The translations under genes were made by a program, and so were the position numbers. The notes beneath the pieces were generated by a model, which worked only from the letters and a program-made list of their open reading frames with translations, was not told the DNA's origin and did not search any database. A stretch of 64,000 nucleotides of DNA, from NCBI RefSeq assembly GCF_009914755.1, contig NC_060942.1; one strand, 5' to 3'. Positions 1-11,906 of this stretch are shown here, in pieces; the stretch's first letter is position 1, and every line of letters begins with the position of its first letter. The DNA comes from the human T2T-CHM13v2.0 reference genome, Homo sapiens.

Positions 1-1750
1 TTGTATGTGTGCTATTTGATAAATTATCACAAAGTGAATATACTCATGACTCAGGTCAGCAAAATAAGACATTAGTTGTTAGAAAGAGGCACTGCAAGGT
101 CCCCCTTAAATCCTCTTCTGGAAATAAGCCCCTTTTTTCCCAAATGTTAAGGCTTCTCTGACTTCTGTTACCACTTATTAGTTCTGCCTGTTTTTAAATC
201 TCATGTAATTGGAATCATAAGTTATGTGGGTTTTTTTTAGGTCAATAATTTGTGAGAGTCATCCATGTAGTTACACATTGCATGGTTTGTTCATTTTTAT
301 TAATATACATTTCATTCTCAGAATATTCCAAATATACTTATCCATTTTACTGTTAGTAAATACTTAGGACATTTTTAGTTTGGATCTCTTATAAATAGTG
401 CTGCTGTGAATATTTTTGATACATATCCCTGGTACACATATGTATGCACTTTTATTGGGTGTATACCTTGGAATGGAATTGCTAGTCATAAGGCATATAT
501 ACATTCAATTGTAGTAGATGCCAAGCAATTTTCTTAAGTGGTTGTGTCAATTTATTTGCCCAAACAAGAAATGAGAATTTCATTTGTCCCTCCTCCTTGC
601 CAACACTTGGTAGTGTAAGGCTTGTTAACTTTAGCCACTGTAGTTATTTTAATTTTAATTTGCATTTCCTTCATGAATTATATGGTTGAACAATTTTTCA
701 TATGCTGCATATCCTCCTTTGTGAAGTTTCTGTTTAAATCTTTTGCCCACCTGTAAGAATGGTTTGTCTGTTTTTTTTTCTGATAAATTTTTAGGAGTTC
801 TTTGCACATACTGGATACCTACGTTGCAAGTAACTTCTACTATTTTGCATCTTATCTTTCCCATCTCTTAGTGGTGTCTTAGATGAATGGAAGTTTCTAA
901 TTTCAAAGGAATAAAATTTATGATCTTTTCCTTTATAGTTAGTGTCTTTGCACACATTTTTTGGACGATTTTAAAGAAATCTTGTCGTGAAAGTATTTTC
1001 TAGTTTGTGAAAATATTTTCGTATGTTATTTTCTAGAAGTTTTATTGTTTTATTAAAGTCAGGATTCATTTTAAAATTAGTTTCATTCCATGTGGATGTC
1101 TAATTGCTATGGCACTACTTATTGAACAAAGAATCCTTTCATTATTGCACTGTAATGTAAATTTTATCATAAATTAGATGACCATATGTGTGTGAATCTG
1201 CTCCTAGGTTTTCCATTCTCTTTCATTCGTCAATTTGTTTATTCTCATGATGATGCCACAATTATAGTAGCTTTATAATAACTCTTGGAAGCTGGAAGTG
1301 TAATCCCTCCAATGTTGATCTCTTCTAGGGTTGCCTTGCCAAATCTTGATCCTTTGTATTTCCATATACGTTTTAAAATTAGCTTGTTAACTTCCATAGA
1401 ATATATCAGTTGAAATGTTAATAGGATTTATATAGAATCTATAGATTTGGAGAGAAAATACATCTTTATTCAAATTCTAATCCATGACCATGAAATTTAC
1501 CTCTATACAGGTCTTCCTTAATTTTTTCTTTTGATAACATTTTGTATTTTCCTATGTTGAAGTTTTGTACATTTTTTGATAAACTGATCCTAGGTGGTAT
1601 TTGAGGTGTTTGGTGAATTTTAGCTGGTATCTATTATTTTGGTTTATTTGTTGTTGATGTATAAGTATATACTTTACTTTTGTATATTAACATTGCTGAA
1701 TTCACTTAATAATTCTAGTTTAGCTTTATATTATTTTAGATTTCTTTTAG
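1..1750 (-). mobile_element. Old L1M (L1MC/MD/ME-type) 3' portion, antisense, in a SERPINB11 intron
   Basis: Degenerate antisense L1 ORF2/3'UTR motifs (gggtgtataccttggaatggaattgct, ccttgccaacacttggt, tgtgaagtttctgtttaaatcttttgccc). Confidence 0.8.
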
Positions 1751-2109
1751 CATAAGGACAATGCTTTCTAATATATTTTTCTCCCATTATATCACTTAAC
1801 AGTGATGAGCTCTCAATAGTATCTTTTTGATTGAGGAACTGACAGATGTCAAGTTTAGTAATAGGTGACCAGATTAAAATATATATCCATTATATTATTT
1901 GTATTAAGTCAGAAAATGCTTTGAAAGGTGTATTTTTTTTTCATATCTGTTAATTTACTTAGCACAGTGGTGTAAAAATATGCCTCTCTCTTGTGCTAAC
2001 TCTAATCCACTGGTAGTGACTGCTTGGGAAATCTGTATTGAGAGTCTGAGGCTTAAACTTAGGTTACTTGAAAAAGCCCACAATTGAGCCAGTAGACACT
2101 AACTCTGTG

Positions 2110-2225
2110 ACAGTAGAGATTTTTGTCTGTTTAGTTTTGTGTTATAGTCTGAATTTAGTGCTACAGTGCCTAGAACAGTGCCCAGCATTTAGAAAATGCC
2201 TAAAATTTTTTGGCACGAATGAAAA
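2110..2225 (+). mobile_element. L2 3' end fragment
   Basis: cagtgcctagaacagtgcccagcat...gaatgaa, typical of the L2 terminus. Confidence 0.6.
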
Positions 2226-3088
2226 GATGATTAGTGTTGTCTGTCATGGGTGTGCATTAGGGATCCACATGTTATATATTTACGTAGAATATTAATGTTA
2301 TTTCATCTTTTGTTTATATCTTTATTTACTGTTTCATCCAAAAATATACATTGTATGCTTAAGGTTAGGTATTGCTATCACATGCTAGGATTGTGTTAGG
2401 CCTAGAATTTCAATGAAAATTAAAACCTTCATGAAGCTTAAAGCTGATGTTCAGATATTCCTATGTTTCATATTGTATAACAGATTCCATTCCAAAAAGG
2501 TTTTATAAATTGCAATGTACCAAAATGCACCAAGAGGGCTGGATGTTTAATTTTGATCAGTTTTATTTACAAAGCAATTCCTGGCATAATTTTATGAATC
2601 TTGATTTTCAGATATGTGTTTACTTCAAGTGCTTTAGTATATATATTTGTAATACACTAATTCTAGTGCATTGAAAGAATAAATATTTTAAAATAATATA
2701 TTTGTGTGTAGTGAACTGCTGGTAAGTATAAAGTCTTGTAAATATTAAAAGTAAGCCACAAGAAATGATTACATAATATCTAAATAAGCAGTGATGTATA
2801 AGAAATTACTCGATGTAACTAGGCATAAGACAAATTGATCCATCACGAATATGCTGGCTACTTCCTGGGTGCCGTCTTATGATTAAATAATAAAGCATTA
2901 AATATTCCCTGAAATAAACTTCATTTGACAAAGAAGGCTCCATGGCCAGGAGATGAAAGGAGTTCTTCTGGTATCTCAAATTTACAATTAGTCTTAAAAA
3001 AGAAATGGCTCTAAATTTCTCATGACTCTTCACCTCTCTATTATCAGGAGTTCAAATCCAAATATAATTATCTTATTTTTTATACAAG

Positions 3089-3231
3089 GAAAAGTCGCAA
3101 ATCTCTTTGGAAAGAGCACAATTGACCCTTCATCTGTAATGGTCCTGGTGAATGCCATATATTTCAAAGGACAATGGCAAAATAAATTTCAAGTAAGAGA
3201 GACAGTTAAAAGTCCTTTTCAGCTAAGTGAG
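3089..3231 (+). CDS. SERPINB11: SERPINB11 internal coding exon (third-last), (G)KVANLFGKSTIDPSSVMVLVNAIYFKGQWQNKFQVRETVKSPFQLSE
   Basis: AG acceptor at 3087-3088 and GAG|GTAAGT donor at 3231/3232. It is 143 bp with a phase-1 start, as in ov-serpin genes, and carries the serpin motif LVNAIYFKGxW. Confidence 0.96.
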
Positions 3232-3906
3232 GTAAGTATTTTATTTTCAGACTCATGACAAATGTTGGAGGATACAATAATCATTTAAGGACAATTTAGA
3301 AAGATGTAGTGATTTAGTGAAAATATTGGTCTAGGTTTCTGTTGGTTCTTTTTATTGTATTTTCTACAGATTTTCATTTTTCCTTTATTAAGTGACAATA
3401 ACTTTTATCACAGAGCACCTAACTGGAGACTTGGGATACTAAGATTCTCTGGCAGAGGAGAAAACCCATTCTTTTCTTAACGCTCTCTCGGCTTATTCTT
3501 TCCATATATACTGTGGTTATGTTCTCCAGCAGCACACTAAGGCTATCTGTGTTATTTTTTTTTCTAGAGAGTTTCTTGAGGAAAGATTAAAAAGAAAATG
3601 ATTTAATGATATATCCTTTTTCTTCCCACTAAAATCATGTTAGCTAAAAATCCTGACTTTGTTTTTGGTAGACCAAGCTATCTCTATATATTATTAGAAC
3701 AATTCAGTCTCTAACCATGACTTATTTTAAATTAAAAAAATGGATAACCTTTGCAAAGGGAAGTAATAAGGAATCTACTTTGTAGTTTCTATTTTACCCA
3801 TGCCTTTAGAGTGTTCATGCAGATATCCGTGTTACGCAAGGTAATCAGTACACACACATGTGCACTCACATATGTAAGTATACTATAATCTTTTTCTTCT
3901 TAACAG

Positions 3907-4062
3907 GGTAAAAATGTAACTGTGGAAATGATGTATCAAATTGGAACATTTAAACTGGCCTTTGTAAAGGAGCCGCAGATGCAAGTTCTTGAGCTGCCCT
4001 ACGTTAACAACAAATTAAGCATGATTATTCTGCTTCCAGTAGGCATAGCTAATCTGAAACAG
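3907..4062 (+). CDS. SERPINB11: SERPINB11 penultimate coding exon, GKNVTVEMMYQIGTFKLAFVKEPQMQVLELPYVNNKLSMIILLPVGIANLKQ
   Basis: Polypyrimidine tract plus CAG acceptor ending at 3906 and CAG|GTAAAA donor at 4062/4063. It is 156 bp, in frame with both neighbouring exons, with serpin motifs VxMM, LELPY and SMIILLP. The ORF track misses it. Confidence 0.96.
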
Positions 4063-4713
4063 GTAAAATTATAAGAATGCTATAATGCAGTTAAAGCATG
4101 TGTGCATGTTAACACACACACACACAGACACACTGTGTATCTCATGACATTAGCGTAGTCATTGATTCACAATCTAAGCCTTAGTAGGATTGTCCCGGGG
4201 GTGTGAAAGTAGCAGGGAGACACATGGCCTCTGCCTTTCAGGACAGTGTGTTTATGGAGAACAAGCTATTCTTACATGAGAAAGGCACATGGAAGCAGAA
4301 GTGATATTTTGTACAAATACACACAAGTACTGGTTGGTTGATAGTCGGGGGACATCTTTCTATAGTAATGAAGTTATAATGCTATTTGGGCTCCTAGTGT
4401 GCAGAAATCTGATTAAGCCATTTTACTCTGGGGGCAGTATTTCTGAGCCAATTGTACTTTCACAGGCTAACCATTTTTAACATCTCAGTTTTGTGGAGAA
4501 ATGGGCACCACACACATTAAGAAGTGGTCATGGCCGTGAAAGGAGTTTGGATCCAACCCCCTTTCCCCAGCTGCAGCCAAAGCTGCCCAGCATAGAGCAG
4601 GCTGTGCTTCTAACAGCTGGACGTCTGGAAGCCTGCAGAAGCTGACACACATATGGGTGATATAGCCTAACAGTTAGGGGCTTCTAAGCCAGGGAGTGCT
4701 GGCTTGAGATGAA

Positions 4714-4819
4714 AACACTGTGGCACAGGTGAGCAAGGTGTGTGTGTGTGTTGGGTGGTAGGGAAGGAACACTGTGGCACAGGTGAGCAAAGTGTGTGTG
4801 TGTCGGGTGGTAGGGAAGG
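4714..4819. repeat. Two-copy tandem duplication (54 + 52 bp) in the last SERPINB11 intron
   Basis: aacactgtggcacaggtgagcaa-(TG)n-gggtggtagggaagg occurs at 4714-4767 and again at 4768-4819. Confidence 0.9.
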
Positions 4820-6070
4820 CTTCTTGAAAGAGCAGGGTCAGGACGTACGCATTTGGATTAAGAAGTGAGACGGGTGCCAACTGAAAAGGAGCTGTAGTCA
4901 CAGAAGTGCAGCGGTGGCCATAACAGGTATGCTTACGGTTGTGGTTAAGTCAGAGGGAATCAGGTCCCTAAGGGCCTGTGGTTGACTGGAGTGAAAGACA
5001 TTTGGAGGCATAATGCAGTTTGGGAGCAGTTTAGATTCTGCAGAAAGTTTTCTGGAAGTAGACTATGGGATTAGAATGAATGGGTCAGAAAGGAATTCCT
5101 AGTACAGCAATTTCAGTCCGAGCCTTGCTGGATGAATAGGAGAATCACAGGGGCCCTGCTAAACTGAGCAGAGCAAAGAGCAGTGCAAATGCCTTAGAAG
5201 CAAGGCAGCATGAGCTGTGGCATGAAGTCATAGTCTCTTGGATGTGGGCAGAAAATGACAAAAGGAAAAGATACTTTGGAAGAAAAACCACCTTTGCTTT
5301 TTGGTGGCTTTTATATTGTCATGGTAGGCAGTAGTTGTCAAAACTGTTTTAAATTCTCAGATTAAAAAGATGGGATGTGACACAGCATGGTGGTTTGCAG
5401 CTGTGGACAGGGCTGGCTGGAGAGTTCAATGCCCGAGGGAGGCGTTTGAAAGGTTTACAAACAAATGATGAAACTGGATGGAGAATGAGAAGTCAGTGTG
5501 CTGAGGCTGCTTTGGGAAAGCTGAGCATTGATGTGGGAGCTGACATGCTGGGCAGAGGCACAGGTGGCCCAGAGTTCAGCTTCAGGAGCAGCTACCAGAA
5601 ACAGTGACAGAGAAGGGCACGAGAGGATGAAAGCTATCAGAGTGCACGGGGATCCTGGCATCAGGGATGCCAAACAAGAATCACGCTCATAAAGGAGGGT
5701 ATCATGAAATGTTTCAGATATGAGAACCCAGAAGAAATGGTTGAGTCCATCCACGAAACAGGACCATGACAACTTCACAGGCGAGAGTGGGAGAAGTGCA
5801 GTGAAGCATGTATGCTGAGGGAATTGAGGGAAAAGACTGTAGGATACCTACTTGAGAAGCTTAATTATGAAATTTAGATGAGAAACAGACAACAGAAAAG
5901 GGAAAATGTGGCTAATGGTATGATTTTGTTCCCAGGTAAGTAGACTGTATTAAAGGTAGAAAAAGTGATGAAGTTGAACCACTCACACTGAGAATTATAA
6001 AAACATATGATATTTAATGTAGAGGTCGTGTGTTTGACTCATGTGGGCTTGTCTGTGTTTTGTCTCTTAG

Positions 6071-6475
6071 ATAGAAAAGCAGCTGAATTCGGGGACGTTT
6101 CATGAGTGGACAAGCTCTTCTAACATGATGGAAAGAGAAGTTGAAGTACACCTCCCCCGATTCAAACTTGAAACTAAGTATGAGCTAAATTCCCTGTTAA
6201 AATCTCTAGGGGTGACAGATCTCTTCAACCAGGTCAAAGCTGATCTTTCTGGAATGTCACCAACCAAGGGCCTATATTTATCAAAAGCCATCCACAAGTC
6301 ATACCTGGATGTCAGCGAAGAGGGCACGGAGGCAGCAGCAGCCACTGGGGACAGCATCGCTGTAAAAAGCCTACCAATGAGAGCTCAGTTCAAGGCGAAC
6401 CACCCCTTCCTTTTCTTTATAAGGCACACTCATACCAACACGATCCTATTCTGTGGCAAGCTTGCCTCTCCCTAA
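6071..6475 (+). CDS. SERPINB11: SERPINB11 last coding exon, IEKQLNSGTFHEW...EEGTEAAAATGDSIAVKSLPMRAQFKANHPFLFFIRHTHTNTILFCGKLASP*
   Basis: TTAG acceptor ends at 6070. Hinge EEGTEAAAAT, P1-P1' Lys-Ser (6365-6370) and serpin signature FKANHPFLFFI are present; TAA at 6473-6475. I recognise the C-terminus as SERPINB11. Confidence 0.96.
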   Translation: MEKQLNSGTFHEWTSSSNMMEREVEVHLPRFKLETKYELNSLLKSLGVTDLFNQVKADLSGMSPTKGLYLSKAIHKSYLDVSEEGTEAAAATGDSIAVKSLPMRAQFKANHPFLFFIRHTHTNTILFCGKLASP

Positions 6476-6970
6476 TCAGATGGGGTTGAGCAAGGCTCAG
6501 AGTTGCAGATGAGGTGCAGAGACAATCCTGTGACTTTCCCACGGCCAAAAAGCTGTTCACACCTCACACACCTCTGTGCCTCAGTTTGCTCATCTGCAAA
6601 ATAGGTCTAGGATTTCTTCCAACCATTTCATGAGTTGTGAAGCTAAGGCTTTGTTAATCATGGAAAAAGGTAGATTTATGCAGAAAGCCTTTCTGGCTTT
6701 CTTATCTGTGGTGTCTCATTTGAGTGCTGTCCAGTGACATGATCAAGTCAATGAGTAAAATTTTAAGGGATTAGATTTTCTTGACTTGTATGTATCTGTG
6801 AGATCTTGAATAAGTGACCTGACATCTCTGCTTAAAGAAAACCAGCTGAAGGGCTTCAACTTTGCTTGGATTTTTAAATATTTTCCTTGCATATGTAAAT
6901 AGAATGTGGTGAGTTTTAGTTCAAAATTCTCTGTTGAGAATAATAAATGCATGAAATACCTTAAAGCTCT
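6476..6970 (+). other. SERPINB11: SERPINB11 3' UTR (approximate end), including a short MIR core fragment at about 6565-6645
   Basis: Lies between the stop codon and the first AATAAA. MIR core motif ctctgtgcctcagtttgctcatctgcaaaata is present. Confidence 0.7.
6942..6947 (+). terminator. Probable polyadenylation signal of SERPINB11
   Basis: First canonical AATAAA after the stop codon, about 470 nt downstream. Confidence 0.65.
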
Positions 6971-7114
6971 GTGAAGACTTGTAACATGGCAGCAATCAAA
7001 TGGCTTATAAAAGGATACTTTGAATGTGGATAAATTGAATTCAGTCAATATTTCAGTGGAATTTTTGGCTAATTGCTTGAATTGAATTGAATTATACTAC
7101 TCAATTGAATAATA

Positions 7115-7445
7115 TTTTCTCCTCCTCCTTCTCCCCTTCCTTCTTCCTTCTCTTCCTCCTCCTCCTCTTCTTCTTCTTCTTCCCCTTCTCCTCCTCTTCC
7201 TCCTCCTCCCCCTTCTTCTACTTCCTTCTCTTCCTCCTCCTCCTCTTCTTCTTCTTCCTCTTCTCCTCCTCTTCCTCCTCCTCCCTCTTCCTCTTCTTCT
7301 TCTTCTTCTCCTCCTCCTTCTTCTTCTCCCCTTCCTCCTCCTCCTCCTCTGTCCTCTTCTTCTTCCTCTTCTTTTTCTTCTTCCTCTTCTCCCCAATCCT
7401 CCTCATCCTTCTGCTCCTCCTTCTCTCCCTCCTTCTCCTACCCAT
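7115..7445. repeat. ~330-bp polypyrimidine (CTT/CTC)n low-complexity tract
   Basis: Almost pure C/T on the + strand. It generates the spurious poly-F/S/L and poly-R/K/E ORFs. Confidence 0.95.
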
Positions 7446-8154
7446 CTTATTCTTCAGCAAGTAAAGGTTCAAAACAGAAAAAGGCATAAGTCAATCAGAA
7501 GATTTTTGTTTTAAAGGAAGCCTCCTTTTATACTCAGGATAACATGGAGCAGTAATCAGATAAGAGTGGCTATTAAACATTTACTGCCTTCTCAGTGCCT
7601 TCTTTGTGAATATTTTCTCCTGGAACTTCCTCAGAAGTCTGAGTAGAGCAGGAGTCCCCCACTTCTACCTTCCCTAGCCCCATCTTAGAAGAGGTGGCTG
7701 GAGGTCAGCCATTGCTTCCCTCCTAGGTGACAGGGCAACATTCTTTTAGGATAGACAGCGGTGGCAGCTAATGAAATCTTTTCCTTTCTCCTTGGGGCAT
7801 TGAAGAATGTGGCTTACTTTAATCTTCAATAAAAATATTATAAAATTGCAAGCAAGCAACAATCTCAGCAAAGTGTAAGACTGAAGAGTACCTACTTATA
7901 ATAGCATGCAACTTCCTTGCTGCACTGAATGGCTGTCTTGTTGCACGTGGTTGTCCCAGTGATTGTCTACCAGGCCCATTCGTCACATGGCATAAAGACA
8001 AGAAGCTGTCTTGGCCAACATCACAGGATAACCCAAGACTCCACAGGCACAGTGGGTTTAACTGTGGTAACATGGAGAGACATGAAGCAACAATGATGGG
8101 TGTAGGAAAAGTAAAAATGGTTTTTGATATCTACTTTTCACCCTAAACATCTTG

Positions 8155-8340
8155 AGGATGTCACCTGGAAGTGTGGGGGTCCTCCGTTTCTGTCTTTTTT
8201 GAGAGAAAGAATTTGGCCAAGAGACAATTTAGCTAAGAGACCAGAGAGTTTATTGAATGAGAGTACACGCTAAGAGAGATGTGGGTTGTCCTGACTGGAA
8301 AACAGCCCATATAGTCCTGTGTTGTGGTTTTTATTATGTC
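8155..8340 (-). mobile_element. Probable ERV1-class (MER4-group-like) LTR fragment
   Basis: ggggtcctccgtttc...gaaagaatttggccaagagac...gagtttattgaa...gtacac resembles the antisense of ERV1 LTR ends. Family not resolved. Confidence 0.4.
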
Positions 8341-8439
8341 AGACTTTTTCTTAAAGTTCCCACTATATGTATGTTCACCATTGTCAATTATAAAACATAT
8401 ATATATATCTTTATATAATCTATATCTATATATCTTCAT

Positions 8440-8446
8440 ATATCTC

Positions 8447-8485
<39 letters not shown>

Positions 8486-8486
8486 C
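8440..8486. repeat. (TATC)n microsatellite
   Basis: Direct reading. Confidence 0.9.
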
Positions 8487-8489
8487 CAT

Positions 8490-8869
8490 ATATTAGGGGT
8501 GGGAGAGGCAGAGAGAGAGAGAGAGAGTTTAATTAAAGGAAATGGCTCATGCAATTGTGGAGGTTGGCAAGTGCAAAATCTGCAGGGCAGTCTTGATACC
8601 CAGGGAAGAATTGATCCTGCAGCTTGAGTCTGAAGGCAGTCTGGAGGCAGAGTGCCCTCTTCCTCAAGAGACCTTAATCTATCTTCTCTTAAGGCCTTCA
8701 ACTGATTGCATGAGGTCTACCCACACTATGGAGGTAATCTGCTTTACTCAAAGTGTACTGATTTAAATGTTAATTTTATCAAAAATTGCCTTCACAGCAA
8801 CATCCAGACTGGTGTTTGACCAAATACCTGTGGACCTAGCGAAGTTGACACATGGAATTAACCATCACA
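8490..8869 (-). mobile_element. MLT2 (ERVL) LTR
   Basis: Ends in gttgacacatggaattaaccatcaca, the reverse complement of the MLT2 start TGTGATGGTTAATT. Internal aggccttcaactgattg motif is present. Confidence 0.85.
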
Positions 8870-9194
8870 GGCACCAAGGGGGCAGGGAGGTGAATTTTCA
8901 CCCTTCAAAGAGCTAACAGAAGCTCTGCCTCTGCCAGTATAAACAATGTAACAAACCAGCAAGACTCATGGAAATAAGCCACAAAAGCAACTTTGCATTC
9001 CCCTCCTATTGTCCCTATAAAGCTGATTAGAGGGAGGCCCATCCTTAGCCCCAGCATGAAAACTCTGGCAGTCCTCATGGCTTTCTGGTTACACCTAAAA
9101 TCTAGAAAATCTGTGATTGTTCCATATCACAAACATAATGAGATTCAGGAATTAAAACATTTGGGCCCAGATAGTAATCTAAACCCTTACCATT

Positions 9195-9362
9195 CCCCGG
9201 GTGGTCTGGGGACCATAATGCTGGTCTCATGGGAACTTGTTAGAAATGGAAAGGCAAAATCTCTGGCTCCAACCCAAATCCACAGAAGGAATCAGAGCCT
9301 GCAGTTTAACAAGCTCCCCAGTTGATTTGTGTGCACACGACAGTTTGAGAAGCACTGATCTT
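9195..9362. mobile_element. MER5A-type hAT-Charlie MITE
   Basis: gggaacttgttagaaatg...tttaacaagctccccagttgatt...agtttgagaagcactg. Confidence 0.8.
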
Positions 9363-9828
9363 AACTGCAAGCCTAATTTAATAGTGTATCTTCTTCCCTC
9401 CCACCAACTGCAACAGGTGCAGGGAGAAGCCTGGGATCTAGAAGAGAGGGGTGGTTGTTCCCTCACCCACCTGCTATTTCTGACTCCTAAGGATAAGCAG
9501 TAAGGGAGAAATTGACAAGGGAATGAGACAGTCCTGCAGATTTACAAGCTGGTGTTATGCTCTGGACCTGACATTTTGCCTGCAGGAGCTGTTGTGGGTT
9601 CCCTGGACAGAGGGCCTCTCTGCTCTCTTCCTGCTGGTGAGCTGCTGGCCCCAGTAACATTCCCCACAACCGTAATGATTAAGTTCCCTTCTCTTTTTGG
9701 CAGGATCTCTTCCTCTGGCTTGAGGTTTTTTGAATTTCTTGGCATTATTGGTTAATATTTTTCATCAGATTTATAGAGCATTCAGTCATTATTTCTTTAA
9801 ATATATTCATGTGTGTGTATGTACGTAT

Positions 9829-9874
9829 GTTTTTGCTAAAGTCAAAAACCAAGATTACTTTTGCACCAACTTAA
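9829..9874. mobile_element. Partial MADE1 (Hsmar1-derived MITE)
   Basis: caaaaaccaagattacttttgcaccaacttaa matches one mariner TIR followed by TA; the other arm is degraded. Confidence 0.65.
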
Positions 9875-10944
9875 GTACATTTTTCTTTTTAAAAATATTT
9901 TACTGGCGACAGAGCCTGATCCCATGGAAGCATGGTTCTGGGGCTTTGCTAGGGTGGATCTAGATCAGCTGTTATTTGACGGCTGTGGCCAACACACTGC
10001 AGCCTGACGGCCAAGTCCTGCCTTCCACCTAGTTTTGTATGGTTTTGAAGCTACCACTGGTTTTGTGTGGCCAGTGGTCAGCACTTGGAAGGAATAGCAC
10101 TGTGAGCTGCTAAGACACACTCTGGTGTTCCCTTCACTCTCAGTTCTCCTCTCTGCTCCCCATCCCCAGTGCCTGCTTCCTCAGGAACTACATTATGTGG
10201 CAGAATCTCAGTCTATGAACCTGTGACTTACCAGAGGCAACCACACCCTCCAGGAGGAGAAAAGATCTGAATGTCGTTGGGGCTGAGAGAGAAACTGACC
10301 CAGGTGGTCGCACCCCTTCCCACCTGCCTACCTGGCCCACCTGGTCCCTAGTCCTTGGACAGGTCATTCTTCATTCCAAAAATGTTTCCAGCTGGTGGCA
10401 GCTGGGCACAAAGTGGGTCACCTCCCAAGATGGCCTATGGGCAAATGGGGAGGGACAAGGTAAGAGTTTATTGAAGTATGTTTTGCCTTATGACCTGCAC
10501 AAGTTTTAAGGAGTCTCATACCAAGTTTTGTTGGATTACCTACATATAGTCCACTGTCTCATTCGGAAGCCAGCACCTAATTTATTTTGGTGCCTCACTT
10601 AAACTTAATTTGGCATCACGTTAGACTTGGCATTAGGTTGCATAATGCTGTTTACTTTTGTGGCAGACATATCAAAATCATCAGTAACAATGATATCTCA
10701 TGCTGATTGGAATCTCTGACCAGAAGTTATAGATATCTTTGATGAAGCAAATCTGTGAAACAAAGGCAGTTTTGTGGATACAATCTTTTAAAATATGGAA
10801 GAAAAATGATAGAAATGGGGAAAAATTAAGAAATCACTCATGTGTATAGATGCCACTGGCCTGAGTTCATGACAAGAGAAGTGGAGGACTGAGAAAAGAG
10901 ACTTCTAAATATCCTCACTTGCGTTATTGAGTTAAAAGGAAGCC

Positions 10945-11855
10945 GGGAAAGATTCAGAATAGCCCGCACAATATTGAAGAAGAAGAATAAAGCCAGAGGA
11001 AGGCTACCGCCTGATTTCAAGACTTACATAAAGCCACAATAATCAAGACAGTGTCATATTGTTGAAAGAATAACAAATAGGTCAGTGGAACAGAATAAGA
11101 AACCCAGAAAGAGACCCACACAAATACAATCAATTGGTCTTTGGTAAAGGTGCGAAGCCAATTCAATGGAGAAAGAATAATCTTTTCAACAAATGGTGGT
11201 AGAAAAGCTGGATCTCCACATGTCAAAAATAATCTAGAATCTGATTTTACATGACTCACAAAAATTATCTCAAAATTGATTATTCACCTAAGTATAACAT
11301 GCAAAACTACAAAACTTCTAGAAGATGACATGGGAGAAAATCTAGGTGACCTTTGGTTTAGCAATGCCTTTTTAGATACAATACCAAAGGTATGAGTCAT
11401 AAAAAAATGGATAATTTGGACTTAATTAAAATTAAAAACTTCTGCTCTCAAAAGACACCGTGAGAATAAAAACACAAGCAACAGAGTGGAAAAAATATTT
11501 ACAAAACATATGTCTAATAAAAACAAAGCTGGTATTTAAAATATACAAAGAATTCTTAAAATTCAACAATAAGAGGCCAGGCATGGTGGCTTATGCCTAT
11601 AATCTCAGCACTTTGGGAGGTTAAGGCAGGCAAATTGCTTGAGCTCAGGAGTTTGAGACCAGCCTGGGCAAGGAGAAAAACGCTGTCTCCCATCCCCCGC
11701 CCCCCACCAAAAAAAATTAGCCAGGCATTGTGGTACCTGCCTTAGTCCTAGCTGCTTGGGGGACTGAGGTGGGAGGATGAGTTGAGCCCAGGAGGTAGGG
11801 GCTGCAGTGAACTAAGATCACAGCACTGCACTTCAGCCCAGGAGACAGAGTCCCT

Positions 11856-11906
<51 letters not shown>

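Noticed and set aside
3022-3258. 78-aa ORF as a stand-alone gene
   Set aside because: It is a SERPINB11 exon read through into flanking intron; only 3089-3231 is coding.
4714-4819. Repeat-spacer-like pattern as a CRISPR array
   Set aside because: Only two units, no unique spacers, human DNA and no cas genes.
6100-6357. 85-aa antisense ORF over the last SERPINB11 exon
   Set aside because: A shadow ORF of the coding strand with no independent support.
7087-7487. ORFs of 89-125 aa rich in F/S/L or R/K/E (protamine-like)
   Set aside because: They are translations of the CTT/CTC tract, which lacks stop codons by composition.
9981-10070. Possible MER58-like DNA transposon fragment
   Set aside because: Too short and diverged to assign by eye.
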